A stretch of 64,000 nt of DNA from Marsupella aquatica (lineage: Eukaryota; Plantae; Marchantiophyta): positions 18,900,357 to 18,964,356 of the forward strand of contig OZ316892.1 in assembly GCA_973895155.1 (NCBI GenBank), read 5' to 3'. Shown piece after piece: positions 35,482 through 48,420 of this stretch. The notes beneath the pieces are model-generated. The model did no database searches, was not told the origin of the DNA, and saw only the letters and a list, made by a program, of their open reading frames with translations. The translations under genes and the position numbers were made by a program. Every line of letters starts with the position of its first letter. The first letter of the stretch is position 1.

Positions 35482-37017
35482 TGATGCTGCTACAAACACA
35501 CAGGAACCACACAACCAAAATAGCTCCACCCAAAAATTCACCAAAAAATGAAAGTTGGCAAAAGTGGAAATGAAATGCACCACCGCGTAGCCTACAAGGT
35601 ACACTACCAAGATCTGAAAACGATTTGACGAAAAACTTCTTCAGCAAAAACTTATTCAACTCGGACCGGAGGGGGGTCAAAATGGTCGTTTTGACCCCTG
35701 TCGGGTATCTTAGGTCCTGAAAAAATTCTGCAACAGCAACGCACAAATTGATTTCACTAGACCGTGCTCAACTCCCTTGAGCATCCCCTTGCAAGATCTC
35801 TCGAAAAAATTCTGCCTCGACGACCGCCAAATTCGGAAATTTTGGCCAAAATTCAGCTCTCTGGAAAAGTATCTTTTGGAGGGAATAAAAGTACAGTCGA
35901 ATTCTACAGCAGAAGGCACCCGGTGATGACACGTGTCCAGCTCAAAAGAAACCCCAATGCGTGAAAAGAAAAACAGATGTTTCCTGTGTAAAAGTCACCG
36001 GAGGTACTCGCCCCACAGACTTCCACAAAAAAAAAATTCTCGTTCGCACATTTGTCCCCCTTGCGCCACCTGTTGCCGAGAGCATAGGGCCTCGCACCCT
36101 CTAGGCTCCTCCTTAAAGTGCTTCCGAACCCTCCTGGCTCATCATAGGGCTTCAAGCCCCTTTTAAAAATCTCCCAAAAAAGAGGGAATTAATTTCTCCT
36201 CCCCTCCACTCCTTAAGTACTTAGGGCCTTGTGCCCAGGTTAAATGCTCCCAAGAGAAGGGAGTGCCTCGCTGCCCCTCTCCTCCTCTTCAAAGCTCTTT
36301 GGGCCTTGTGCCCCCACCTTTACGTACCTGCACAGAGCCTTGTGCCCTATTAAAGAGCTCCTGAGAGGAGGGAGCTACAAACTCCCCCTCCCCTCTCACT
36401 TTAAGACTGTACCTGTAGGAACAGTCGTACCTGCACAAGCCGCCTCGGGCTATGCCTCCTTAGGGCCTCGTGCCAAGAGCTCCCGTGGGAAGGGAGCCTC
36501 GTACGTGCCAGGGAATACCGTCCGACGCACCGTATAAGGTTGCGTGCGGCGACCACAATGAGTATACGAAAGAGAAGAAATTTGCAACAACTGCCCCACA
36601 CGACACGACCTTTTTACAAAGAAAAAAGCACCCCCGATGACCCCACAAGTGATTGATCTAACCACTAAGAGCCATAGTCGAGAGTTCCAAGCACTTAATC
36701 AAGCAATACATAAGATAAGATTGTTCCACACTCGCCGGATGAAACATTGTGAAACTTCCACCACGATGTAGTGCTCGTCGATGCGCATGATAAATCGCCG
36801 GACTGTCCTCCCGACAGTTTTCTTACACACTGTGACACATCCGATACTTCAACGAAGTTTCAATCGGGAAACCGTCACCACTTCCAAACACAAAACGATC
36901 AACGCAAAATGGCTAGTGAAATGATCATGCAATCGTTGATGACGATTCAATCTTCCACCACGATCCAACACACAAACGCTCTCACCACTGCCCAGGCCAC
37001 CGAACCACGAACACAAA

Positions 37018-37029
37018 GCTCTGATACCA
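37018..37029 (-). other. Primer-binding site complementary to initiator tRNA-Met
   Basis: TGGTATCAGAGC on the minus strand, 2 nt from the LTR end. Confidence 0.95.
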
Positions 37030-37031
37030 CT

Positions 37032-37309
37032 TGTAAGAAACTGTCGGCTCTGGACTAGACAGCAATGCGGAAACATGAGAGAGACTCACTCAATCAGATG
37101 CTACACCGATGAAACACCCCGAGTGGAGAAACTTCTGAAGGCTCCATAGCAAATGAGAGTACATGTGAAGAATGAGGGAGAGAGTTCTCTCCCTCCAACC
37201 TATACCCCCCAAGGGGGCCAAGATGAGTGGGCCTAAACTAAGCAGATCTTATCCTAATGTAATCCAGGGCCAAGCTAACTAAGTCGGGAACTCGAGTCAA
37301 TTCCTAACA
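37032..37309 (-). repeat. Copia 5' LTR (278 bp)
   Basis: TGTTAGGAA...TTTCTTACA inverted termini adjacent to the PBS. Confidence 0.85.
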
Positions 37310-39188
37310 CGATGTTGCCCTGCATATAGAACGTGGAGCTACGAACAAGCTTATCCTAAACTATCAAGGGGTATAAATACACAAGAGGTGCTTCAGCTTA
37401 GTTCCAAACATTGAATTGTAATGCTTGCAGGAAATCTTTCAAATCAAACCTCCTTTCAACCGTGTTATGTAATTGTATTCTGTACCCCGTGATGTGCACC
37501 CATTGTACCTATTAAACTAGCAACTTATGTGCCCAGCAACATTTCAGGATTTAATTTTTAATTGTGTATTTGAAGAGAATCTCAGGGTCTTGCTTGCATG
37601 AATATGACATATCATGGCAACAAGCATAGGGTCATTTTATTTGTTTTCAGGAAGACTTAATACTAACTCTAACTTGGAAAATAGGTTTTAGAAAAAAGCA
37701 AAAGTGGCATGTCATCATATGATTGGTGTAGCAAGAATTTAGGAACATTGGCATATAAGGAAAGTAACTTATATTTACTAGTGTTGCACATAATTATATA
37801 GATTATATATTGAGTGAGACCCTAAGGTGACAATCATACTTCTTCTTGCTTAGTGTGATCCCCGGCCGTATCATCGATTGGGAGGCTGCATGCATGCCAC
37901 ATATATATAACCCAGAACCCAAGCAAAAAAAAGCACAATTAGAGCATCAGCTAGAAACCATCAATAAACCCCTTAGTAACAAGTGCAGGCACATGCACGC
38001 ATGCAGACCTTATCCTATCCTAATGAGATCGAGTTGCTTTCCAACAATTACTCTTAGTAATAAATCCTTGCATATATAATTACTATCCCAACTTTGTTGC
38101 TTTGCTTTCAGAAATCTCTCTACTACTCTATCTAGATCCATCTACAACAATGTGTCTAACAGTCCTCTTGTCTAAAGGGCATTTTGGGGTGGATCATCTT
38201 GCTTTTAAACCCAGCTTTTGTCCATGGTCACCACAAAATCACCAAAAAACTAAAAATGCTCAAATTACACAGATCCAATATGGAAATTCTGCAAGGCTCC
38301 TGCACTCATCCAAGCAAAAATATGGCTCCTCAAATGACCATCATATGACTAAGATATGGTCTCCAAGTTTGCATTGCAATATGACTTTGCCAAAACCTCC
38401 CCTTTACAAACAGCCGTAGGAACCTCCATTTTTCATCATCCTGGTCCTCAGTGTACATATATCCCGATATATATATGGACCCTTATACTGTTTTTATCTG
38501 CAGTATATATATGCATATATGGACGGCAGTATGGACACTTCGGCATGCTACTCTCTCAAGCTCAAAACTTGAATCCTCATATATCGAGTGATATCGCTAT
38601 ATATAATTAATTAAGTTGTGCAATCATTACACAATGTTGGAGTCAGATCGCGGAGTTGTTTCCAATGAACATGCATCTTAAACTCCCATGCATTTTGAGT
38701 TGATTTGGACAAAATCTCCCTCCATAGGGTTGGATGGATCCTGTTTAGAGAGGCTCTTGGTTCCCGCCATCTCCTGATACTCGGTATATATATAGAACGG
38801 TCTGGTTAATTCTCCCTGTACTTCTCTTCTTGCGGCTTCTCCAGACCTTTTCCGTTCATTAATGTGTTAGATGTCACAAATATCCTAGGAACTTTACATC
38901 CCTAGTGCGCGCTTCGAAGCCTTTTTAAAAGTCTAGCTATATCAATCATGCACTAATCAGAAATGTGCTAATACCTAATGTTCAATTTGACTCGTCAATG
39001 ACATAACTACTCCGGTGACGGTGATTCTGATGGCAAGAGATTTTGATGGAGCACCTAAAGATAAAGCTAAAAAATCAGGGCCTTGGCCTGATTCTATGTT
39101 AGGCGCAAGCTCTTGCCTCAGAAACGGGCTCAGAAAAACCTGTGCAAAGCATGCATTTGTCCAACCTAAAATATAATGTCAATAGCTT

Positions 39189-39626
39189 TTGGAGTCATTG
39201 GTCATATTCTGTTGTCAAGATGATAGGATGCTGCAAAAGTACATCATTGGGGATGCATGGTATCTTCTTCTACCTTGGCTCATTGTTCCTTTTCCAAGAG
39301 GTGTGTCTGAACAGACAAATGCTTTTAACTACAAGTTGTCCAGTATGAGAATGTGTGTGGAAAGAGTTTTTGGAAGGTTGAAAGGGACATGGAGAATTTT
39401 GAGTAGGGTGTTGTGGAAGCCTTGTATCGAACCACTTGGACCAATGCTATTTTCCTGTTGTGTTCTTTATAATCTCATTATAGATAGGAACAATGGATTG
39501 CCAAATGTTGTTTGGCAACATCATCCACCTCACCCACCAGGCTATGCAGGGGTCCTACGTCCAAACAGGAGAATGTATAGAGGAGGACCAGAGGCACGAA
39601 TGGCTTGGTTGGAGCATGTAGGATAG
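39189..39626 (+). pseudogene. PIF/Harbinger transposase (DDE_Tnp_4) C-terminal fragment
   Basis: YIIGDAWY.LLPWLIVPF...AFNYKLSSMRMCVERVFGRLKGTWRIL...CCVLYN. Confidence 0.9.
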
Positions 39627-40099
39627 TCAAGCTGTGAATGCAGCCAATGGCCACTCCAAAGCTCTCAGTCTTCATTTACTTGTCATACCATTGTTATGTA
39701 ATTTGTTTTTATAATGCAATGCTTCTGTTTTTCAAAAAGCTTCCAGCACCTTTAATCTCAGATTTACTTTGGAGTTTGGAATGTAGCCTACATCTACCCC
39801 CGCATCTACCAGGCAGTACAGTATAAGATTGTTCTGATGTCATGCACATAAATGATGAATTCTTCACTTACAAAACAACACAATACTTCCATAGAAGCAA
39901 ACAATGTTGAGTTCAAAATTGTGCAGATTGAATCTGTCACTTACAAAACATAAAAAGCTTGTGCATCACAAGCACACATTGTTTAATTTACCAACTTGTT
40001 CTATCCATGTTCAGTTTCTAAATTGTAATCCGGTCTGAATGTATTTCTTACCGGATCGATGACATTTCTATCCCAATGGATGTACATAGAGCTTTCAAA

Positions 40100-41501
40100 C
40101 TAAATCACCTTCTCAAGTGTCTGTTGATTGTCTGAGTCAATCCATCTGTAAGGCACCTCATAGAGTCCGCTATGAATGCCAGAGTGGTCGTAACATCAAT
40201 CCCAGTCTAACGGGCAGATCGAGTAGCCTCGGCTTGAGCAGCCAATATATCAATGTCATATCTCTTGTTGTTAAAGGTGAGGAGTTTGTTGTGCTCCTCC
40301 CTTCTTGCCAAACGGTCCTCAGCAATTGCTTTCACAAAATGGTAAGTGACTTTATGCATCTCATCTCGGGTCCTCTCATATGCTTTTTTTTGTTTCCAGC
40401 CCCTAGTGGTTGATTGAATAGGATCCTGCTGTCCAGTGATAGGCTCGGCTTCTTCCCATGGGGCTTGGGTTGGGGGAGGTGGCTTGGGCGGGTCACTTCC
40501 ACGGAAGTGGCACATCATGTGCAACGAAGTATAGGCCCATTTAAATAGGTGTGGTGGAAGACCATCAAAGTTTGGTGAAAGAACACATAGGGCATATTTT
40601 ATTGACTAGTCAACTTTAAAGAACACATAAGCCTATTTAATTGTAAAAAATACTTTCTTTAAAGTTTTTAGGGGTTTTTTAGTAAAATATGACAAAATTT
40701 CAAGAAAGAAAGGGCAAAAAATATTTTGTCACTCATAAGTTAGGGGGGTCAAACCCTAACATGTCGCACACAATGTATGGCCCTCCATGTAGTGACCCCC
40801 CCCAGGGGAATGGTTGGTTGTGATGGTGTGCCTTGACCTGTATGACCAGTATCAGTAGGAGTCGGTGGATCTCGAGTGGTTGATGGGGTATGTATGAGGT
40901 ATTAAAGGTTCCACATCATTCATCATCTAGGTCCTCATATGCAGCATCAGGGCTTTCCTTATTTGTATCACCTCCACCATGTCTGAATTGGTAGAGGACC
41001 ATGGTTGCCCTTCAGGAGTCATTCCTGATCATGGGTCCATTGAATGACGGATAGCTTCTTCAACCTTAGCATCTGCTGTACTGTCAAACATACTAATTGG
41101 GGTCTGGATGGACAGCTCTATTTGCTGGGACAAATACCACCATAGCCTCATATATATCTTCCTGGAAAGTAGTGGGCAAACCTCAATCCTTCTTTTCAGA
41201 CCTTGACAATTGAAAGTACCCGTCACCACCACAGGGAGTGTGAGCCTGGAAGTCATAAATCTTCTTGAAGTCTGTGAACAATTTCTCCCACCTCTTCTTG
41301 CACTGCTTCCAATGAGCCCCTTTGAACATTGTTGGTCATGCAGTAGTCTTCAATGTACTTCCACCTTTGCTCAGCTGTTTGAATTCGATCTCTGGATGAG
41401 TCTAGCTGAGATTGACCTTGCTGGTATGTCTTGCTATCCACAAGGACCAGAAGTTCTCTAGTGTCCAATTGAGCCGTTCGTGCCATGCGGTACTCTGTCA
41501 T
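40100..41501 (-). pseudogene. Harbinger Myb/SANT (trihelix-like) accessory gene, fragmented
   Basis: ELLVLV..K....TAEQRWKYIEDYC..NNVQR followed by frameshifted QCKKRWEKLFTDFKKIYD; Pro-rich linker and helical tail; convergent with the transposase. Confidence 0.7.
40520..40803 (-). mobile_element. Terminal fragment of the same family as the TIR at 21737, lying inside the Harbinger Myb gene
   Basis: Reverse complement of ~40675-40803 matches ~21737-21862 closely. Confidence 0.85.
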
Positions 41502-44500
41502 CTACACATTCACCACAAAGTTTTTAATTTGAGTTGAGTGTCAAGAATCCATATTTCCTATCTAAATCAATTGAAGTGTATACATTGCTCTAAGAATTCA
41601 TACACAATCTAGAATTACACAGTTCAGTGTCTAGTTTTTGTTAAATGCTTCACGCACTGAATTAAAAACCAGAGAGAAATACATTTGCCAAGAGCAGATT
41701 GCACTGTCTAATCAAATATAGTATTGGCGGTTATGTGGTTGTGCTTCACTCGATTCAGAGCCAGAGAGACACAATTCGCTAGCAGCAGATTGCAATGTCC
41801 ATTGAAATATAACATAGGATTTGTGCAAGAGAAATAGAATTTTGATAGTCGATGCAGGACAACAAAAGGAATGCGAGAATTCAGAGGAATCGTAGTTTCA
41901 GAAAAGTCTAATGACAATGAGGTCTAATGACAATGTGGATTTTATGGATCATACATTACTTTTTTGTAGACAAATGCCCCATTAGATATCTTGGATTTCT
42001 TCTATTCAATCCACAAATGGCAGTTAATTAATCTGCTGTCAATTGAGCTCACAATCCGCCTCAAACTGTTGAAAACTATTTTAGAATGCTGTTGCTGAAA
42101 GGTGGACAAGCTATGCCGGCCCAAGCAGCAGCATGTGGAGCTATGGTGGAAGCTGGGACCTCAAAGCGACAAGAGCTATGGTGGCCACGTTCAAGCTCAG
42201 AAAAAAAAATCGTGAGTGGGAGCCGAATGTCCCAGGCACCCGATCCGGCGCGGGTCACAGCAGCCGGGTCGCGTCGCACACAGCAGCTGGGCCGGTGGAA
42301 GGAGTTACCGCCAAACGGCGGTTTTTTGGGGCCAGTCACCGGGGCACGCCCGTCGCCTTTGAGGGGCGAGGGTACCCCGCAAGGAGCGGGAGGGCTCGCC
42401 AGCCTCCCCACAGCCTCCTTGCCCGCACTCCCTAACGTACGGCCCCTGCGTGGCAGACGGCCCTGGATTCCTGGGGTTTCCGTGCGGTCGGGCGCTCCCT
42501 GCCCCGTACCTGCATGGAACCCCACTCTTACTCCCGCAGAAAAGTTAACATCCTAAAAAAATACGTGATGGACCCCCAAAAGTTTTGTTATAGTACAGTA
42601 GAGGACAGACAGTACAGTCGCCTTTGACTGCGAGCCCTCAGGGATAAATGGCATTAATGTATAGGGCAGAGCTCCGAGGTGGGTCGAGCGATAGAGTTGG
42701 AATCGTGGCGAGACTGGAAACGACTGTCGTTGTACCACTCTTTCTCCGCTTCGCCTGAAACAATTACGTCGTGATGATGATCATTGGTACTCCAGATCAG
42801 GCGAGGAGCATGACATCCTCGACCGTTTCGCTTTTCTAGAGCTCAAAATCATGGACCGGGACACCGAATCATGACTGACGGAGTACTGTCATGACTGATT
42901 GTGTGGTCTCTTGCTGTAGTGCCGCATTTAAGATTCTGGAATTGGAGAATTGGACTGGAGAGGAGAGGAGAGGAGAGGAGAGGAAAAGAAAAGGTGTCAT
43001 GTCGTAGAAAGTGTGGAAGGATGATTGAGCGGTGCATTTAAAGCTTCAAGTCCAGATTACAGACCATCAATGGAGGAAGATCTAGGACGAGGTTTGCCTT
43101 TCGAAGTCGAGTTCGGTCTTTATGTTTGAGTAAGTTGTTGCAGTAGGCTATGATTGCCAGCCAGGAGTGAACTCGAGTTGACATGGTGGGCATGAGTGAG
43201 CTGCAGCCACATAAGATGGAAGATAGGTACTCATTTTGGAATGATTTGCTCAGCAGGACTTTGTGCTCGGTCTTCGATGATACCTCACAACTTTCAAATA
43301 TTGCTTACTCCGGTCTTTATAAAACGATCGCAGCGAATATGATTGCAGGCATTGGTGCCTGCCAATTCGAATCGGCGCTGGTTCTGAAGACACGTTCCTT
43401 CAATTCGGCCGTTGGCGCACACCGGGCGCTCAGATCCATCAGGAGTTCGACGGTTATGAACTGCACAGAAAACTTCCAGTTCATGGGTGAGGTTCGTCTC
43501 TTAAGTGATCTGAAGAGTGTGATGCACTGAGATTCCTGCACTGTTTAAAATGAAAAGTAGATAGTTTACAGGTTTACGAAGCATTGATTCTTGGACAGAC
43601 AGAATAGTCTAATCAATCCAGCTGCGAAAGATTTTGAAGGCCATGCAAACTGTAAGACCTTCGAGTGCATGTTCACCGGATTCAACTGGAGAACTTGGGA
43701 AACTGTCACTCTAGAAAAGCTGAAGACGAACCTACGTACTCGCTGCAGTTTCAGCTTGCAATCTAACGAATCCAAGTGGCAAATGGAATTCAGTCAAACG
43801 ACTGTTCCTAGTCTGTGGCACGAGCCCGCGTTACTTAAATGGCGGGTTGAGGACGCGTAATGGCATGATTTTGTCCAACTGAAGCGAGTATTTTATGGCC
43901 ATCAGAAAAGCCGAGATAGATGTGTTCTACAATGAGTGTCCTCAGGACGCTCAAGCTGATATTCGGCAAGCCCCGTGGTTTCAGAATTGGGGACTGCCTA
44001 CGCAGTGTGCCTACTTAATGTTGTAGACAGCCCCACCAAGCAGATGGTGAACGACAAGAATAATACCTCTGATCTCCTCCAGATTCCAAGACAGCTGATA
44101 TGTGTGATCTGCAGGCGAATTGAGCTCAAAAATTCAAATTGAGCTTAAAACTTCAATGGAATTTTTGGGAAGTAATGTCGCGAGCAACATGAGGCCGGTC
44201 CATTGCCTTCCTAAATTAAATTTCATGGGTTGATTCCAAACAAAATCCCGTAAAAGTAGCCCATTCTCTGAATTTCAACAGTCTGGCGAATATAGAAGTG
44301 GCTGTTATCAATCTTAGATTTCACAACTGGCAAATATAGAAGTGGCTCTTGTCAATCTTAGATTTAACAACTCTAACAATCGTAGAAATCCATCGCTATC
44401 TCACCAGGTTGCTATCTAGCTACTAGCAATCAGGCAGCCGAACGACCTTGAATTAAGTTTTGCAAAATGCGCCGGGAGAAGATCTGATGGATCTGGTGTC

Positions 44501-45420
44501 AAAAACTTTCCAACTCGCTCCTCTACGAGAGTCAATTCTTTTCTCCTAGTGTACAGATATCCTGGGAGAAATCCTCCACAAATAGTCAGCTACATAGCGC
44601 AAACAGATGTCATCAAAAGTAGCCCCACGGTGGTGGAGATCGAGCGCGAGCTGCCGCCTGCCTGCCTCTAGGTTGAGTAGCTGAGATGCCAATTGCCAAG
44701 CATGGTACGCGTTGCAATGGCAAAAAAGTGTCTTGCATCAACTACTCAGTAACGGAAGAGAGTACTAGCGCCATTGCGCAAGCCGCCTGAGGACTGGATT
44801 TTTTAATCAACGGTGCGTCCTGGTATTCTCCTCCTCAGCAGGATAATTCTTGCCGTTTGGGACGAAATTGTACAAGATGGTGGCCCCCCCAACGAGTATT
44901 TAGCGCGCGGCTGTGAACAAATGATCGAAACCTTTGCACTGACTGAGCAGCTAACAGAACACTTCAGAGTGACTGTGATCATAAGCTTAGAATCTGTACA
45001 AGTCGTCCATTAACAGACTTGTTGGCTGAGCTTCCCAGTTAATGTCGTACATGACGAATGAACAAGCATCCAGGACGACACGGCCACTTACTTATAAGTG
45101 GCGCTGTAGTGAAATTAGAACTACTGCATCTGGAAGAATCGGATATTTGAGAGAACGGGACTGTGCGCGCCAAATCGCTCTGCTCGAATCCTAATCACGG
45201 CTCATGCAATGACAGACGAAAATGAAAAAATTTGAAATTATGTCTCTAGGCTTCAGGAAAGCTGTGTCTGCGCCGGTTAAATCCGTGGTGTGTACAATGA
45301 AATATACCTCTCGCCGTCATGGGGAAAAGAAATCCCCGCAAGCTACCGGTATACGGCTCTGTACAAGTGCAAGAATGTGCGGCGGTATGGTTGGTTGCAC
45401 GTTTGGCTGACCAGGGTCTC

Positions 45421-47514
45421 TCATATGGCATCTGCAAAGAGCTCCCGCCACACATCAGCGAACACCTTGACAATTACGGAGTGGTACTCCGCAGAATTGA
45501 GAGACAAATAACACCGTAATAGCTCTTCCAAGTCAGTAGCTCCCTGAATCTCCTTTTCCACGATCATCTCTACCATCGAGTCTCGAAAGTCGGTGTAAGG
45601 ATCGTAAGAGGATTTGACTACCGCCACGCTTTCTTTCACTTTGCCATGCAAATCAGTCGGAAGTGGGGGAGGAGCTTTTGCCTTACGCCCTTTTCTCCTC
45701 CTGCTGTGAGTTCCTCTCTTCTTTTTAGGCAGTTTTTCTTGATCCTGGGACTTCGACATAGCCTTGTTCATTAATCTCCTGGACCCCCGCAAACTGGTAT
45801 ACGCTTTCCCTTCAGAACTTTCGGAAACATCGCTCTCGAGCCGGAGATTGACCAATTGGTCTTCTATTTGCACGTCGATTTGGCGGAAACGGTGCTGTCC
45901 TGACTCCTTCAATCTGGACACCATAGGAAGCTCCCTGACGCTCACGTCGCTGAGCGACTCGTCCCCCCTGTTCTTCCGCACTTCGAGCTTCGACCACGCC
46001 TTCGCCGTGGCATCCATGTCGGCTTCAAAGGAAGTTGCAGGGAGGCTTGATTTATATCCCATCGAGTAGGTCCTCTCGAACCGTGGCTGCACCTGATCCA
46101 CTGGCCCTAATTTGCTGTACTCCCCGAAGCGGTCACTTGAGGTCTTGAGCAGGAGCTGCTCGGTGCTCGCAGGTTCATCCTCCTCATCCATCTCCTCGTC
46201 CATCGGTCGGGGCGGTGTCGACAAGAATATGATCCTTGATCCCTTTTTCCCTCCTGATTTCTGATTTTCCACGATCTGATGCTCCCGCACAACATCGCCC
46301 CGTAAGCTGTGATTGGACCAAGTGCTCTTCGATCTAGCATGCGAGCCTCCTGCTGAAGCTCGCCTATGTCTATTGTCCATTTCATCGCTCGAGTTGGACG
46401 ACCATTTCTTTCTCCTGGATTTACTCTGCCCATCCTGCTCCAACGAGGTGGTGAAAAGCTCATCATTGTCGCTGGAAGATGAGGAAAATGATCTCTCCCA
46501 AGGGTGGTCCCCATCCTCGGCCGTGTTGCCATCTCCGTCCGTCAATGTATGGAGCATATGGCTTCGTCCGCTAACGCCACTATGTTCAACCTCAGAAGAA
46601 GCACGCTGTGAAGGCAGGTCGTATTTTGCGGCCTCTCGTACCTCTTCGTAAGGGTCCCTGAGCGAACATTTCATATCCGGTGTAAGGGCAAGCACCCCAT
46701 CCGTATGGAAAATGCCTGGAGAAGGTGCGAGCTTGCTAGATTTCTTATATCCCTTTCTTTTCCTCGGAGCCAATTTGTTCCTACCCACTTCGTTATCTAC
46801 TTCAGCCAGGACACTCCATTCACTCAAAGTATCCTTGTCCCACGCCTTTGCATCCTTAGCCTTAGTCCGCGAATGTTGTGATCTGTGTCGCTCCCTACGC
46901 TGCGCTGCAGCTCGGTCTCTCGAGCGAAGCTCCGATTCCATGTCTATTTGCTTGCTGCAGCTTCGGAAGCCGCACCTGGTACTCAACCAACCGTTGCGAC
47001 CAGGGACAGATATATGAGTGGACGTGCTCTCCGTTCTGAGGGAGCCAGAGGATGCATCGAAGGCTTTCATTGAAGAAGACCTTTCCGTTCTTCTCCTCGA
47101 TGGAGGAGAGCCTCCGGGTGGGTAGGCAATGTCAAAGCTCTTGTAGCTCATTGGAGTTTGAACGAGAGATGAATTCCTGTGCAAATCGAGAGGAGATAGA
47201 GACTTCGGAACGAGCGCTCGAGTCAAATTGTGCTCCTCATCGTGTTGTGCGCGACGATCGCCGTCTCCAACTGCGTGTTCGTCTCCGCTCCCAAATGCAA
47301 GACCTCTCCGATTCTCGTGCAATTGCTCCTCGCTTTCCTCTTCAATGTCCTGCAGAATATCTCCAATGCCCCCTTCCTCAGATAATTGAGCACTCTCGTG
47401 ATCAGGCCCTGAGGTACCAAGCACTTCGTTGTCGAGAAGATTTTTCCTCTTCTTCTTCCTGTTCAAAAATGGTAACGATAATTTGAAGCGCCGAGGTCTG
47501 CTGGCTCCAGTCAT
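45421..47514 (-). CDS. OFP: OVATE family protein (transcriptional repressor / cell-shape regulator family)
   Basis: Long open frame with a C-terminal OVATE domain SVAVVKSSYDPYTDFRDSMVEMIVEKEI....LEELLRCYLSLNS.EYH.VIVKVFADVW. First ATG at 47514; the frame stays open to a possible acceptor near 47590. Confidence 0.95.
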   Translation of the reverse strand: MTGASRPRRFKLSLPFLNRKKKRKNLLDNEVLGTSGPDHESAQLSEEGGIGDILQDIEEESEEQLHENRRGLAFGSGDEHAVGDGDRRAQHDEEHNLTRALVPKSLSPLDLHRNSSLVQTPMSYKSFDIAYPPGGSPPSRRRTERSSSMKAFDASSGSLRTESTSTHISVPGRNGWLSTRCGFRSCSKQIDMESELRSRDRAAAQRRERHRSQHSRTKAKDAKAWDKDTLSEWSVLAEVDNEVGRNKLAPRKRKGYKKSSKLAPSPGIFHTDGVLALTPDMKCSLRDPYEEVREAAKYDLPSQRASSEVEHSGVSGRSHMLHTLTDGDGNTAEDGDHPWERSFSSSSSDNDELFTTSLEQDGQSKSRRKKWSSNSSDEMDNRHRRASAGGSHARSKSTWSNHSLRGDVVREHQIVENQKSGGKKGSRIIFLSTPPRPMDEEMDEEDEPASTEQLLLKTSSDRFGEYSKLGPVDQVQPRFERTYSMGYKSSLPATSFEADMDATAKAWSKLEVRKNRGDESLSDVSVRELPMVSRLKESGQHRFRQIDVQIEDQLVNLRLESDVSESSEGKAYTSLRGSRRLMNKAMSKSQDQEKLPKKKRGTHSRRRKGRKAKAPPPLPTDLHGKVKESVAVVKSSYDPYTDFRDSMVEMIVEKEIQGATDLEELLRCYLSLNSAEYHSVIVKVFADVWRELFADAI

Positions 47515-48019
47515 GGCACGGCTTACGCTGCTACTGCTCTCCACGATCCTTTGCTGCCTCCACAATGCCCCCTTCTCTACCTCAAGTCTCCTGGCTGCGT
47601 CGCCAATCTAGAAATTTGCGATTCCTTCCGCCTCGAATGAATAAATCCAGAATCTGCTACATGATCGTAGTCGAAAGCAACCAAATTACATCCCCAAATC
47701 CTTCCTGCTCCGAGTAATGTCCAGGACTCCGACCATTTTTGCGCCGAACCCCCGCATTTTCTCTAAAACTTTCTCGACACTGCCAAAGTTCAGAAAATGT
47801 AGGATGTCACACGTTTCCTCCTCTATCCTGCAAACGCACCTCACCTCGCTGCTGCGTGCCGCCAGCGGAGATCCGCATCCAGACTCTGCATCTACTGGAC
47901 GGACTCAACTCAACTCTCCCCGATTGTCTTCCGCAACACTCAATCCACACACACCATCAAACATTCATACGGCATCCCGTCAGTCCACACAGTGATGTAC
48001 CAATGCGGTTCCGTGCTTG

Positions 48020-48420
48020 AGAGCATTTGATCCTTGATCCACACATCCCGTGATTGATTATCACTCACTCCTCCCCTACTTGCTCTTCTTCACAAGTGCT
48101 CGTTCTCATTTGCTCCGCCTCTTTCTCCATTCAACTCCACTCCATTCAGCTCCGACTCCTGCTCTTGCTCTAAACCCACATTCCGGCATTTCTCTCTCTA
48201 TCGCTCAGGAGTCTCATCTGCTTCAGAGCATTTCATCATTGATCCACACATCCCGAGATTGATTATCACTCACTCTTCCCCTAATTTCTCTTCTTCACGG
48301 GTGCTCGTTCTCATCTGCTCCGCCTCTTTCTCCACTCAACTCCACTCAGCTCCCACTCCTGCTCTTGCGCGCAACCCACATGCCGACATCTCTCTCTCTC
48401 TCTCTATCTCTCTATCTCTC
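48020..48420. repeat. ~205-bp tandem duplication upstream of OFP, ending in (CT)n
   Basis: AGAGCATTT..TTGATCCACACATCCCG.GATTGATTATCACTCACTC starts at ~48020 and ~48225. Confidence 0.9.

Larger units (their letters stand above)
31216..37309 (-). mobile_element. Ty1/Copia LTR retrotransposon, 3' end truncated by the CACTA insertion
   Basis: 5' LTR, tRNA-Met PBS, ~1.5-kb leader, gag-PR-IN-RT-RH order. Confidence 0.95.

Noticed and set aside
37310-39180. Possible additional element end near 38600 (…GCTATATATAATTAATTAA)
   Set aside because: No partner terminus or coding evidence in the window
42076-42556. 149-156 aa ORFs on both strands
   Set aside because: GC-rich non-coding composition with no domain motifs
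45764-47486. Plus-strand ORFs overlapping OFP
   Set aside because: Antisense shadows of the OFP coding frame
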